Shown piece after piece: positions 39,700 to 58,079 of a stretch of DNA of 64,000 nucleotides. The notes beneath the pieces were generated by a model. The model ran no database searches, was not told where the DNA came from, and saw nothing but the letters and a program-made list of their open reading frames with translations. The position numbers were made by a program, and so were the translations under genes. Origin of the DNA: the human T2T-CHM13v2.0 reference genome, Homo sapiens; NCBI RefSeq assembly GCF_009914755.1, contig NC_060936.1; one strand, given 5' to 3'. Position 1 is the stretch's first letter. Each line of letters starts with the position of its first letter.

Positions 39700-41640
39700 T
39701 GAAGAGACCTTGCCTTCTGAAGCACCTCCCATTTTCATCACTTTAAGGCGATTGCCTCTCTCTATGTGACCTTAAAACATCACAGCTATTGTCTACCACA
39801 CCCTGGAATTCATTTCAACTTACATAAAGGACTTGGCGAAAAACCTTTCTTTCCATTGTGTTTCTTACAATCTTCCTCAGTAACTTCAAGGCTTACACTT
39901 TTGACCCTGAAGATTCCTTGATCTGGTTCCTTTCCACTCCCGGCCCCAAGGACCTACAGCTCATTACTTCCCAATCCAGGCAGCCTGAACTTTGTCTTCA
40001 TAAGTCAATACTTGTTCTGAGATCTTTAACTCTGTACTTCCCTGCCTTCATCACAAGTTTTTACTTGTACCCTTCCCCATTTAACCTAACATTTATTCAC
40101 TGTCCTCTTCAGCACCTTCCCATGCTCAAATGGTGACTCATGTCTCTCCTTTCTGACCTGGCCTTCCACAGACAACTTTTACTGTTAGCCTCTCTGATCC
40201 TTCTCCCTGGCACACTCACCAAATCTCAACCCTAGGTAACCTCCACCAATGGCTTTCCCTTTTTTTTTTTGAGATGGAGTCTTGCTCTGTTGCCCAGGCT
40301 GGAGTGGGAGTGCAGTGGTGCTATCTTGGCTCACTGCAACCTCTGCCTCCAGGTTCAAGCAACCCTCCTGCCTCAGCCTCCTGAGTAGCTGGGATTACAG
40401 GTGTGCACCACCACACCTGGCTAATTTTTGTATTTTTAGTAGAGATGGGGTTTCACCATATTGGTCAGGCTGGTCTTGAACTCCTAAGCCTTAGGTGATC
40501 CACCCACCTCAGCTTCCCAAAGTGTTGGGATTACAGGCGTGAGCCACAGCACCCGGCCTTGCCTGACTATTGATGACACTCTACTTGTTGTCTAAGTATG
40601 ACACTCTACTTTTAGTCTAAGTGAACCCATTCACTTGCTTTTGACTCCCACTAACTATATCCTGTCAATTTGTATTGTAGGTCTACAGTCTGGTATCTCC
40701 TTTGACCTTCAGATTCATATATTTCACCATCTCCTAGTTAAATCCATTTGGATGTCTGCCTCATCATGTCCAAAGACAACATGTTCAAAGTGGATCTAAA
40801 TTTTTTTTCTCTCTCTCTCCAAACCCACTCTTCCTTCCCATATTTCCTATGTTAATTAATTGCAACATTATTCATTTACTCACTCGAGCCAGAAATTTGC
40901 AGTCATCCTAAACCACTTCCTCTCCCTCATCCCCCATATGCAATCAACTAGCCAATCCTACCAATTTTTTCTCATAATTATTTCTTGATTTCTTCCTTTA
41001 CTCTTTTGGTTGTGTTCATCATAATTGTATACCTGGAATATTTCACTAACCAAACCCCTGCTCTTCCTGATTGCTAGTTGGTTTCTTTGCATGGCATTGC
41101 CCTTCTGCAGCCTGGGTGCTGCATCTGAAACACAAATCTGGCCAGACCATTTTCATGCTTATAACCTTGCCATACTTCCTCATTGTTTATTAATTACATC
41201 AACATGTTTCTTAATACAGCTCTTAGACTCTTCACAATCTGGCCCCTTCCTGGGCTTTTAGCATTTTCTCCCATCATACCTTACCGAAATAATTGGCTAA
41301 AACTGAACTCATGATTTATTTTTTATCAACTTATCCCCCAAAGATACACCTCCTTCTACATTAACTGTCATTTTATCCAATCTTCTAAATAAGTAAAAAA
41401 GTCAATACATACTCCTCTACCTCACTCACCAAGAATCCCAAACAATAGCTCACCTAATTTGATTACTTGTATGCCAGAAAGTATCTCTCAATTCTGGACC
41501 CTCCACTCTATTCCCCTTTTAACATTTCTTCTGTGAACTACAAAAGCATCTCGGTGCCGAGTTTAGCTTCTCAGCATTGATGACTCCATTCTGTGTTATG
41601 AATTTGGGTGCCATCCTAAAAATATTGAACATTCTTGGAA
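39700..41640 (+). mobile_element. L2 fragments including an endonuclease-region relic, interrupted by an Alu
   Basis: TAIVYHTLE and TIFLSNFKAYTFDP resemble APE motifs (IYRPP, ILGDFN); after 40690 L2 3' region atccatttggatgtct. Confidence 0.6.
40260..40558 (-). mobile_element. AluS-like SINE
   Basis: Short poly-T and full reverse dimer ending acccggcc; no TSD visible. Confidence 0.95.
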
Positions 41641-41769
41641 GAAAAGGATATATAAGAGGTATATCATATATGTTACCACTAGGTCCAAAGTAGGCACTTC
41701 ATTAATTTATAATTACCAGAGATTATGTATATAGATCAATTCATAAACAGAAGGATAGATATAGGCAGA

Positions 41770-41833
41770 GAGATGATAGATAGATGATAGATAGATGATA
41801 GATAGATAGATAGGTAGATAGATAGATAGATAG
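41770..41833. repeat. Compound (GATA)n tetranucleotide microsatellite
   Basis: gatgatagatagatgatagatagatgatagatagatagataggtagatagatagatagatag. Confidence 0.95.
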
Positions 41834-42490
41834 AACAGAACCACTCAACCAGTGTTCATGGATCCAGGGTGACATTTATTTTCCAGTTTTTTGGTAGCAG
41901 GAGGGACCAGTATAACATAAAGATAAATATCTTTTTTCTTCTAGCCAAGAACTGTGGGGAATTTACTATAAAATGAAGGAACATAGCAAAATGTTCACCT
42001 AAAAATCTTCATGCCACCTATATTCATCTTCTTGCCTACACAGTGATATAAATATGCAGAAAGCATTTTGAAGTATTTTAGGCTTTCATGAAAAATATAG
42101 ACAGCTGACCCACAAAATTTGTGAAAAATATACATTCAAGGGAATCTTTCTTTCTGGGAATTTGGTGCTCCCTATATTTGATTTGACCAAAAATACTTTA
42201 AAAAATGTTCTAGGTAGTAATTTACTTGAAAGTCTTGTTACTTTCCTTTTCTCCCCTCTTGCCAATTCAGCAAAACAGCTCTAAGTTCAAGTCTTAAATT
42301 GAGGCTCAATGAAAAGGTACCTGCTTTTAATAATTCAATAGCTTCACAAATGGTCCATCTAGGAATGAAGCTAAATGCAATATATATTGCTAATGAGAGT
42401 GAGAAACTTAGAAAGTGGAGAAGTGGGCCTGCTTAAGAATTGAAGACAGTGTATCGATGCTCTCTCTTTCACAGTTTAATTATCAACTCT

Positions 42491-42512
42491 AAAAAAAAAA
42501 AAAAAAAAAAAA
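42491..42512. repeat. Poly-A run (22 nt)
   Basis: Read directly; no attached retroelement recognised. Confidence 0.9.
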
Positions 42513-44824
42513 GACTACTTAAGATGTCCAGAAGAAAGGTTTTTGCTTATTTTCTTGTAAGGTGCAGATAGTTCATATTTTTCACCAGTTCAATTTGGGA
42601 GTCCTGCTTTTCACCACACCTCTTACTGGACACTTAATAATAAAGACTCGTATTTCACTTTTCACCGACCATAGCTACTTATTTGGTGGCTTCCACTCTC
42701 ATGTGACAGCACATGCATAATCAGGATGTAATACAAGACCAGCCAGGCGAGACCTTACAGTAATCTTCTTTAAGTTGCATTTGCATCAAACACGTTGTGT
42801 CTAAAAGTGAGAACTGCCTTTAATGTTGGCAAGTTGATGATAGGGAAGAAAAAAAAAAATGTCTGAGTGTTCCGAGAGGATAACTTTATCTTGAGTGTAG
42901 GTTTGTTTGGAATGTCAGTAGCCAGTCTGAACAAAGAATTCCTTGTATGGTGAAGACGTCTTTTGAATGTATTTTTTTTTCCATTGAAAAACTGAAGAAA
43001 ATGATCTCTGGGGAGAAAACAGAGTTTTAAAAAATTAACCACACTTTGGATTACTGACATTTGCAATTAATATGACTTTTATTTTCCCTGGTGATCCAAA
43101 TGTCAGGTATATGTCATTTCGATTCAATTATTGACCTTCAGCATTTTTCCCATACCACCAACTTAGGCAGTCTAGACAGTGTGGTTGCTCTCTGGGAAGT
43201 GGGCTGCTTTCTGGGAACTGATTTCTTTTGGATCATGGAGGAAGTCTCAGCAGACTTGGATAACTCTTCCCACATACTGCTTTGTGCCAATATATTTCAA
43301 TATCTATGATGCCATAATAAATTAATACATCTGTATCATATTAATACTACATTAGAGCCACGCAACAGTAACATGACACAGTAGAAACATTGCTAAGCCC
43401 CTAAAGCTTTCACATGGCTCTGTTAGACGAAAACCATTACAGTCAATTCCAGCTCACAGACCTTACGTCTGTGAAAAGGCAAAACAGACAGAGTGTTGGG
43501 TGCTTTTGAGTAGTATAAACGATCTTGTTATCAACACCAACACTGCTGTCCAGAGATAAAGAAAGCAGACAGTCAGACGAGCTACTCTGTGGGCCCTGTG
43601 TTTTTTATAACCCCCGATACCCTCCTCCTTTGCATTATTGGTTTGTCATCCTTTGGATAATTGTTCATAAATCATTGCTGAAATTGCTCAGGACTCCATA
43701 ACGTTTCTTGCCAAAAAGTTTTTCACCAAATATTTGATAGATTTTCCAAAATAATTTACTCATAAGAGACTTGGATTTCACATTTACAAATAGAAAAAAA
43801 GTAAGGCTTTTTCTAAAAGCCAAGTTGGCTGGATATAATTTTATTTCCAAAGTGAACAACACATATACATGAATCTTAACTAGACCCAGGATTTCTTTTT
43901 TCCAACCACATTCCTAAATATCCATCCCCTGCTTCTAGTTGGGCCTGGGCATAGTATATTTCTCTTCTATGGAAGTTGATTCATTTTCCAAAAGTTTCCA
44001 AGGAAATCAATACCATAATTTGGGGGTTAATTAAATCTATTGTTTTATAAGGACTTTACAAGGACTAACCTAAACTTTTTATGCTGCATTTGAAATTCAT
44101 TGTTCTGTACTTTTACTATCATAAATAAAAATTAAAAACAGCTGCTTACCTCTGCCTATTTCTTTTCACATCCTTGAGGAATGTGGATAGGTTTGCCCCT
44201 TCATATTTCTGTATTAAATAGGCCCAGTGTCTGTGACCTTTATTTAGACAGACAATTTTCCAACCATTTAATTATTTTCATTGCTCTTCTTTGGACTTGT
44301 TTCAAACTCTCTTTCATTGGGTGGGCCCCAAGTGGTCACAGCGTTGCAGTACAGTGCTGACTAAATGGGAAGTTACTTCACTGGAAACACATAGCGTGAG
44401 CTGGATCTCTTTTTTTCCACATGGCTACACCTCATTTTATGCAACCTCACTATGTGAAAATCCAGATATAGCTTAAACTTTACAAGAAGATTCACCATAA
44501 GTGAACCTCTAGAAAAATTGTCTAATATATTTAAAATATTATTTGTTTTCTAATATCTATGTATGTATAACTTTTCAGAGGACATCTATCATGTCCTCTG
44601 AAATTATATTACATAATGTTCATCCATTCATTCGCCTACTCATTATTTTATTTATTCAAGAACGTTGGTCAAATTCCCAGTATACTCTGGTAGGCCCTGG
44701 AGATATAAAACTGAATACCTTAACTTGGTTCCCTTGGCTGCTTACCTTGAGGAGCGTGTAGCCCAGAGAGACAGTGTCTAAGTATTTTGATATCAATCAG
44801 ATCTGTGTTAAAATTGTGGCTCAC

Positions 44825-45021
44825 AAGGAGGATTGGTTGGGCCCAGGGGTCTGAGGCTACAGTTAGCTACGATTGTGCTGCTGCACTCCAGCCTGGGCAA
44901 CAGAGTGAGACCCAGTCTCTAAAAATAGAATAGAATAGAATAGAATAGAATAGAATAGAATAGAATAGAATAGAATAGAATAGAACAGAACAGAACAGAA
45001 CAGAACAGAATAGAATAGGTC
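44825..45021 (+). mobile_element. 5'-truncated AluJ/monomer-type Alu with microsatellite tail
   Basis: ggaggattg...ctgcactccagcctgggcaacagagtgagaccc; TSD aaattgtggctcac (44811-44824) / aaattgtggcacac (45022-45035). Confidence 0.9.
44926..45015. repeat. Pentanucleotide microsatellite (TAGAA)12(CAGAA)5(TAGAA)1
   Basis: Counted directly. Confidence 0.95.
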
Positions 45022-45249
45022 AAATTGTGGCACACTATTTACTAGCTGCAAATCATCCAGCATACACTTACCTTCTCCAAAACTTAATTTCCTCATTTTT
45101 AAAAGGAAGATAGTGATAATTTCTATCTCATAGGAGGTGGTAAAGTTTAAATAAGCAATATGTGGGAATAGTGTGACAGAGCAGCTGGTTATTATTATTT
45201 TCCAAATTTTTCATATAGCAGATAATTTTATTTATTGCCTAAATTAGTA

Positions 45250-45700
45250 AGTGAAAGAATGAATAAACAAGTGAAATATACAAGGAAACTTGCAATACAA
45301 TATAAGTGCTACAATAAAGGTATGAACAAAATGTTGCAGGAACAGAGGAGCAAAATGCTGAACCTTCTTGTGAAGACTTTATGGAGAAATATTATTCAAA
45401 TGGTATAATTAAGGACAAGTATTTGTCTATTAAGGACAGAAATTTGCCAGGTGAAAAATATGAGGAAGGGCATTCCAGAAAGAACAAAGAGCATGTGTAA
45501 AGGCATTGAAATACAAGTACATGTGGCTGGCTAAGGAATTGTGAGAAGCCAGGTGCATTCTGAATGCAAGGGCTGCATGGAGGGTTGTTGCAAATGATGG
45601 GGCTGGAGAAGTAGTGAGGGTCAGAGATGAAGGTCGCAAGCGCAATGCTGGAATTTATCCTTAACTCAAATATACAATGAAACTGACAAAAATTGGAAAA
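45250..45700 (-). mobile_element. L2 fragment
   Basis: gggcattccagaaagaacaaagagcatgtgtaaaggcattga. Confidence 0.65.
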
Positions 45701-46559
45701 CAAAATACTTTTTATACTGCAGATAAGATCCTGTCATTTCTTTATAGTTAGACTCCTCGTTACAGAAATCAAACTTTAGTGACAACTTAGGCATTCCTAA
45801 TAAAATAACAGACATTTTAAGGTTTTAAATAATATGTCCATTACATCATTTGATTATTAGACATATTGTATATTCCTCATTGTAAATTTTCTCAATGTCT
45901 AACAAAAATCTTTGCACGATTATTTAGTTATTAACTTTAAGAATATTCTTTGTGGAGAATGGAGATGCCAAATAGTCGTTTACTTTTTGTGTTTGTGATT
46001 TTTTTACTTTTGGTCCAAGAACTTTAGTAAACCAACAGTTTAGCTCATGATTCTTTCATGAATTAACCCACATATTTCATAAATCTAGGAAGATTCCTAG
46101 AGTTTTAAAAAGATTTCCTAGAGAATTGTTCAATATTTTTCATGGAAATAATAATAGACTAAGCCCATGCCTTTTCTTGTGTGTATGTGTAGCTCTCTAT
46201 CTACCTGAATGTTTGTGTGTGTTTGTCTATCTCTCTGAGTGTTGTGTGTACAGCTGTGTAACACACACACTTACATATACAGTCTTTTCTGGAGAGATCT
46301 GCTGTATCTAGCAAAACGGTAATAATGAGGGCTCTAGAAAAGGACAATCAGGGAAGTAAGCAGTTAAATTTTTACTAATACCCAATACCCTATTCAGTTT
46401 ACTTCAAGCTTAAGTCAGTGGGATATAAGGAAAAGAGCCAAGATTTTAATTCTGATCTAGGTTAAAAATCCCAAATATGACATTATTTGTACTCATTCAA
46501 CTATCAATAATTTTTTGTTGAATGCTTATTATATACTGAGTATTTTAATTAAGTGAAAG

Positions 46560-46710
46560 ATATATGCTTACTATATGCGTAGCTTTGAGCAAATATTTCA
46601 CTTAGAACTTCAATTTTTGAATCTGTAAAACAGGGAAAATCATAGGGTTAGGGAAATACTGAATAGGACAGTGCAATGCAGAGCCTGGCATAGTGTGCCC
46701 ATACATGTGC
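46560..46710 (+). mobile_element. MIR fragment
   Basis: ctttgagcaaat...atctgtaaaacaggg...gcctggcatagt. Confidence 0.6.
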
Positions 46711-47020
46711 TGACAGATTCTCCATTTATTGAGCTTGGCTGATTTTCTAATGTAGGAAAGTAAATGAAAATGTTCTAGACCAGAACATAAAGAAAAACTT
46801 ATTGATAACGTACCTTGGGATCATCATCATTTGTATCGTTGCAGTAAAGAAAAGGGTTTTAGAGTGAGGAGTGGGGAGAACAGGAAAGGGTACTGTTATT
46901 CCAACAAGCTTTGGACATACCTGCATTCAAATCCTGAACCTGCTTACTTATTTTCTGGGTGACTGTGTGTTAGTCACTGAGTCTCTCTCCATTTCAGTTA
47001 CCTCATACTTAATGGGATAG

Positions 47021-50433
<3,413 letters not shown>

Positions 50434-50565
50434 GATAATAATATTGACCTTGTAAGATTGTTGAATTAAATCTGATGATATATGTAAGGAATTTAGCACA
50501 GTAGATGACAACAATTATAATTTTTATTAACAAGAATCCCTTGGAAATGTTACTAAGCTAAATAT

Positions 50566-50874
<309 letters not shown>

Positions 50875-52229
50875 TACTAAGCTAAATATTTATGTTACCA
50901 TGGGCCTTTTAAATCATGCCTTTCCTGAGATAATGGTATAATGACAAACAAAGTCAGAGAATTGTAGGGGAACTTGAGAAGCTCATCTCTAATAAAAATT
51001 TTCAAAAAATTGTTTCCTTTTTTAAAGAAAAGTAACTATTAGGACAATCCCAATCCCTGAGTGGAATGACTACCTGCTCGCTTATGCAGGCAAAGTCATA
51101 CATAGACTAAACGTTGCACCTCTAGGTAGAAAAACCAATAATTTTCTATTTAGGGTTTTATGGGCTTTCTTTGCACAATTTCAAGGCATCTCCTCAATGA
51201 TAGAAAATGTACTTTTTGAACCATTACTCATTCATCTATTCATAAACTCAGAAAAGAGCTATTTTCCTGTATCAGCATTCTGTTCCTTCTCATGTGTGCC
51301 TTGCTTGTCCACAGAAAATGGTAGAAAATCCTCTATGGAAAGTTTTCGTGAAAGTAACAGCATCAACATTCTTTTATCTGTGATGACAGAAAGATAATCC
51401 ACATGTGAAAGCACTTGGTGCTTTAGCTTATTCTGAATGACAGAAGCATAATAGAATCTCCTAAGCATTAACATTCTACAATAACACAGCATTGTCATCT
51501 TTGTCTGATCCTGGCTCATGCAAATCTCAGTGTTTCAAATTCCTAACAAAAACTAGAGAAATGCACCTCAAAGCTATTATGTGGAAATGGATTAGGTACA
51601 GATCTAAATCTTTAAACAAACCCTTAATGAGGTAAAAGTCATAGTTATATACTTCTTAAGGAATGTTTATGGGCAAGATGAAAATGCAGAATCTAGGTCT
51701 CACAAGCAATTTACATGCCTAAATCCTGTATATATTTTGTTTCTCAAAGTATTAGCCTTTTCTGTCCTTTCTCCATATTTGATAGATTGGGTTCTTAATC
51801 CTGTTTTGCAAACTGTCTTAAGAATATTGAGAGAACTATTCTATGTTCATTTGAATTTAGAATTAAGGACAATTTGTAATCTCCCACTATCTCCTGACTT
51901 TTAACTTAAAAAAAGCAAAAGCCGATTATCTTTAGTAATGATTAAGGTATGGTGAGCCTTCAGAAATTTTTGAAGTAGGAGAAGTTTTTCAGCCACTTCT
52001 TCTCATATCTCTTTCATATCTCTTTCAGTGCTTATCTTCCAGGAGCTAAAGTCTTCTGTATCACTCCCTGGTTGTCCTGAACTACTTATTATTGTCTTAT
52101 GCACTAAATCTAGATCTTCCTTTCCCAGCATTACCGTTGTCTCCAAAGTTATCTCTCTTTTGTTGAACCGATCAAACCTTAACCGTCTGGTTTCTCATTC
52201 TCTTGGCTTTCTGCTCCTAACCAGTGCTT

Positions 52230-52600
52230 AGGCAGTTAGCATGGTAGGATTAGAAAGAGCCTTGAGTCAAAGTTCTGGCCAACACCTGTGGTGTGCCCTT
52301 CTATGCTGGGCACTATTCTAAATGCCTAGCATGTTGTAACTTGTTCATTCTCGAAAACAGTCCTATGAAAGCAGGCACCATGGGGTTAAATCACTTGTCT
52401 AAAGTCACACAGCTATCAAGTGGGGGAACCAGGATTCCGGTCCACGGGCTTTGGGTCTAGATTCTATATGTTTTGTTGCTATGCTATCATAGTGACAATG
52501 ATTAACCCTGTGTTCTTCTCTTGACCTCGGTTTCTTCTTATATCAAATGAGAGGGTTTAGACAATAACAAAGATCAACTTCCACTTTAAAACTGTATATT
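52230..52600. mobile_element. MIR cluster (antisense MIR at about 52290-52480 within a sense MIR/MIR3)
   Basis: ggttaaatcacttgtctaaagtcacacagcta (antisense core); cctcggtttcttcttatatcaaatgagagggtt (sense core). Confidence 0.65.
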
Positions 52601-52819
52601 TCTAAGGGAAAACTCTAATTGAATTGCCTGAGTTACATCTAAGGCTAGACCCACAAGTGCTTTGTGACTGGAGATAGAGGGCACCAAATAAAATTCCATT
52701 TGCTAACAGCAAATACTGGTGACTGTTTTTTCTTGTATTATTGGAGGGTGTGCAATTGATGGCTGAAGGCTGGATGAATAAGTAATTATCTACACTACTA
52801 CTATAATTTAACATGGTAT

Positions 52820-53300
52820 CTCAGAATTGTATTTCTTTGCATATGAAGAATATGCAGATATTCTCTGCATTCATAATGGCTTGCACAAAACAGAAATGTA
52901 TTTCTCCCATGTAAAAGAAGTCATGGGATAGGTGCTCCAGAAGCTATGGTAACTTAATGATCCAGATTCTTTCTAGATTTCCACTCTACCATTTTAGCTC
53001 ATGGCTGCCCTTCTTGAGATCAGCTGATGGTGTAATATGTCTGTTTTCTAAATATAAGGAAGGAGAAGGGAGCAAGGACAAAACCCCCCCTCTGTATAAG
53101 TTAGCTGTCTTCAAACAGCATTTACTGAAGTCCCCTCAAGCACTTCCACTTAACACTTCTACTATGAATCTTTGGCCAGATAGCTTGGCCAGTCTTAACA
53201 CTGAAGTAGCCTGGGACACGTTCTCTCTTAGCTGGATGCTTTTCAGTCCTGAATAAAATCATCATTCTATGCAGAAGGGGACAGCAAATATTGGGTGGAA
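52820..53300 (-). mobile_element. Old MLT1 (J/K-like) LTR
   Basis: tggcttgcacaaaacagaaatgtatttctc...cacttccacttaacac...ggccaga. Confidence 0.5.
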
Positions 53301-53309
53301 AAGGGAGTA

Positions 53310-54800
<1,491 letters not shown>

Positions 54801-54899
54801 CCCCAGTAAATCACTGCAGTCTTCTCCTTTTCCTCCTTCTGCCTTTTAACATTTGCAAACTTTCGTATTTCTTGTCAACTTATTCCTAGTCTTTTATAT

Positions 54900-56330
54900 T
54901 TTCCTTTCTATCAGGAGTTTTCTTTTTCATAATATTTTCTAACTAGTTATTGCCAACATAAATAAATCTATTTCAAATTTCTGTATTAATTCCTGGCCAT
55001 CAAGCTGAAATCTGGTATTGATTCTAGTCATTTTCCAGTTTATTACTTTGGTTGTTCAGATAAAAAATACTTCTGCAAATAATGACTATTTCATCTCTCC
55101 TTTCTAAAGCATTTTTCTCATTCTTTTCCCTTTTTTATTCAGTGATTATGACTTCCCAATAATGACGAACAACAATGGCTACAGAAATCTGTTTCTGACA
55201 TTAATGGGGATGCTGCTGGTTCTTTGCCATTTATTAACATGTATTTTGTCCATAAATATTTATTAAGCACCTATCATATGTAGCTACCATGTTAGGGTAC
55301 TGGTTCTATCTACTGTGGTGAAATAATTTGACACCATTTCTGACCTAATGTAAATTCGAATGGAGAGGTAAAGATTTTAAAAGTTTACAAAGATATGACC
55401 TCGTAATTGTAACTTGTGACAAGATTTATGAATGGGGAAAAAGGGTGCTATGAGTGAAAAAAAATGCAAGCCCTAATTTAAATCAGAGGGTCAAATAATT
55501 TTCCTCTGAAAAAGTAACATTTAAGTTAAGACATAAAGGTGAGTCAGAATCATTGAAAAAATCAGGTAAAGGTGTCAGGGTAGGATGAATAAAGGGATTG
55601 AGTGGGGTATTAATTAATAAAGAACATGAAATGAGATTGCAGATGGAGATTATTTTGTACAATGCAAAGGATATAGAGTACATACTAAATGCTTATATTA
55701 AAAGTTAACTTGGAATATAATTTTAGATGATACTGGATTGTCTTTCACATAAAGATGAACTTTTATGCTTAGTTTACTAGTTGAGCTTTTAAAATTATGA
55801 AAAAAATTAAAATTATATTAATAGGCCCTACAGTTATATCTTGAAATGATCATATGGATTTTCTTCTGTTACCTATGTATGTGACAAATTGTGTAAACAG
55901 TTTTCTAATATCAAACTATCCTTTCATTCCAAAAATAAATCTTAGTTGGCTATGATATGTGTTTTTAATATAACTTTATATTTAATTGGCTTATAACCTC
56001 TTAGGAATTTTGTAAATACATTAACAGATACATTTTAAGAGGTTTTTGGGTTTTTTTTTTGGCTTGTTTTATTTGGTGTGATTGTCAGATATGTTATTAC
56101 CAAAGCTATGCTAACTTGATAAAACCAACTAGAATTTTTTCATTAAAAAACGTTTGGAAACAGCATCACCCTAAAAAAAAATTTTCAAATAACATTCCAA
56201 TAAAACCATTTGAGCTCTGGGATTTTGGTGGCGTGCATTTCTTTGACAATTTTGTCAATTATTTCTGGTTATGTCCGTTAAGGTTTTATGCTTATTTTGA
56301 GTCACTTCTGGTAATTCATGTTATCCTAGT
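54900..56330 (-). mobile_element. Very old L1M fragments flanking an antisense L2 (about 55250-55690)
   Basis: tctgcaaataatgactattt...ctcc and ctttcattccaaaaataaatcttagttgg (L1 ORF2 antisense); taaatatttattaagcacctat (L2 end). Confidence 0.55.
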
Positions 56331-56339
56331 TTAGGTTAC

Positions 56340-56920
56340 TATCAGTTTTCCACCGGATTGCTTACACTGGATTTCTAACTGGTCTCACTTAATTCCAAGT
56401 CAATTTTTTCCTTGTACTGTCAGCATGATCTCTCAAAATTGTTAATTCTAATCAACTTCTCTGAAAACCCTTCAACAATTTTCCATTAGTCTCAAGATAA
56501 AGTACAAACTCCTTACACAAAATATGAGCCATGAGTGTCTTCATCATTCCTAAAACTAAATCACTTACTTTTATGTCATTTTATTTCAACTCCCAGAATG
56601 TTAGGTTCACTCTTCCCCTGCATCTGCCTCCATTATTTCCTGTAGCTAAAATTTCCTTGCCCCTGTTTCCTAATCTCTGGATAACTCTCCTTGTTCTTCA
56701 GATGTCTGCTCAGATGTAATTTTCTCCTGGAAGCTTGTCCTAACTCCAAATATGTGTACTCTGGAGACATGTACCTATAGGAGGACTATGAGAAACTATT
56801 CAGTCCCTCTTTGCTTGTCTGTCTTACTCAAAGGGCTATAAGCAAATCGAGAGACCATATATTTCTTTATTCATTTTTATATTCAGTAAGTACTCAGTAA
56901 GTATTTACTGATTATGGAAT
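56340..56920 (+). mobile_element. L2 3' fragment
   Basis: aagataaagtacaaactcctta...cttcagatgtctgctcagatgt...tactcagtaagtattt. Confidence 0.65.
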
Positions 56921-58079
56921 AAAATGACAGGTGTGAGGAATTTCTAAGTACATTGTAATTTTTAACAACTCACATTTATTTAGCCTTTCCAAAGTGTTCA
57001 AAATTTTCCCACTCACATATCATCAGTCTAAGTAATATTTAATTTAATCACAAAATTACAAAAACAAGTACAACTGGCATAAAGACATTTAGGAATGAAA
57101 ACCCTGATTCTTTAGGAATATAGCTGAACCCATGAGAACAGAAATAGTACTAGCCACAAGCACAGCGATGGGCAACATTTGTTCTTTTGTAAGTTGGTTA
57201 AGTGGTGTTTCTACTACAGTAGAGTTTCTACTAGATATATAAACAGTTCACAATGGAGAACTGGTTGTGGAAATTTATTTGTAAGTTTAATGATTTGAAT
57301 CTTAAAACATTTTGTCATACAAAATAAGAAATGGTTAAGATAGCAAGACTGGGCAAAAGTCCTCATTCACATGGAAATTAACCTAATACTACATTATTAG
57401 AGCCTGGGTTTTAGGTCCATGGAGCTGGGAACTATGTAGTATACCAAAGGGAGGAGAAGAAATCATATAAGGAGGACTTTTCCTTTTCCTGATATTCATA
57501 AGGCTCAGAAAATTCCACAATATACCAAAAAAGATTTTGTGAGCCCAGATGCTCCTGCATGTTTCTCCTATCTCCTGTTTAATCTTGATCTTGGGTGTTC
57601 CAAAATGTTCTATTTAGGAACATCATTTAGAAGGTTCTGATTTTTGTAATTGATTTCTTTTTCCCACCTTTTGTTTCTTTACTTACTGGCAAAGCACCAC
57701 ATAACCATTCTACTGATATATGTCAAATAAACAAATTTGTATGCTTATACTGGGTATATATCTTCTGTTTGAGAAAATATTTGGTTTGCACATCTTGGGA
57801 CTAATCTTTGGAATTATTTATTCCATGATTACTAGTAGGGGTCATGCATATTTTATTTGGAGGGTTCAGAACTCAAGTCACCTGCCAAAGTGTTGGGGAA
57901 AACCTGCCAATGTGATGGAAGAATTTACAATATCCCGCAATACCTTTTAAAAAAATTCCATCTATCTCTGCATTATTAACTTCCTAGAAAAGCCTAGTCA
58001 GTGTCTCCTTCTGAAACATTGCTCCAAGATCATTTATCTCCCACTAAATGTCTGCTGAAAAATTTAATGTTGTTATGCA

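Larger units (their letters stand above)
44790..45200 (+). mobile_element. MIR split by the Alu monomer
   Basis: tcagatctgtgttaaaattgtggc | cactatttactagctg...aatttcctcatttttaaaagg...ctatctcatagg. Confidence 0.7.

Noticed and set aside
44150-44208. Minus-strand 59-nt exon-like unit (KYEGANLSTFLKDVKRNRQ) with GAG|gtaagc donor
   Set aside because: Poor pyrimidine tract, not a multiple of 3, and the neighbourhood looks like a decayed CR1/L3 fragment.
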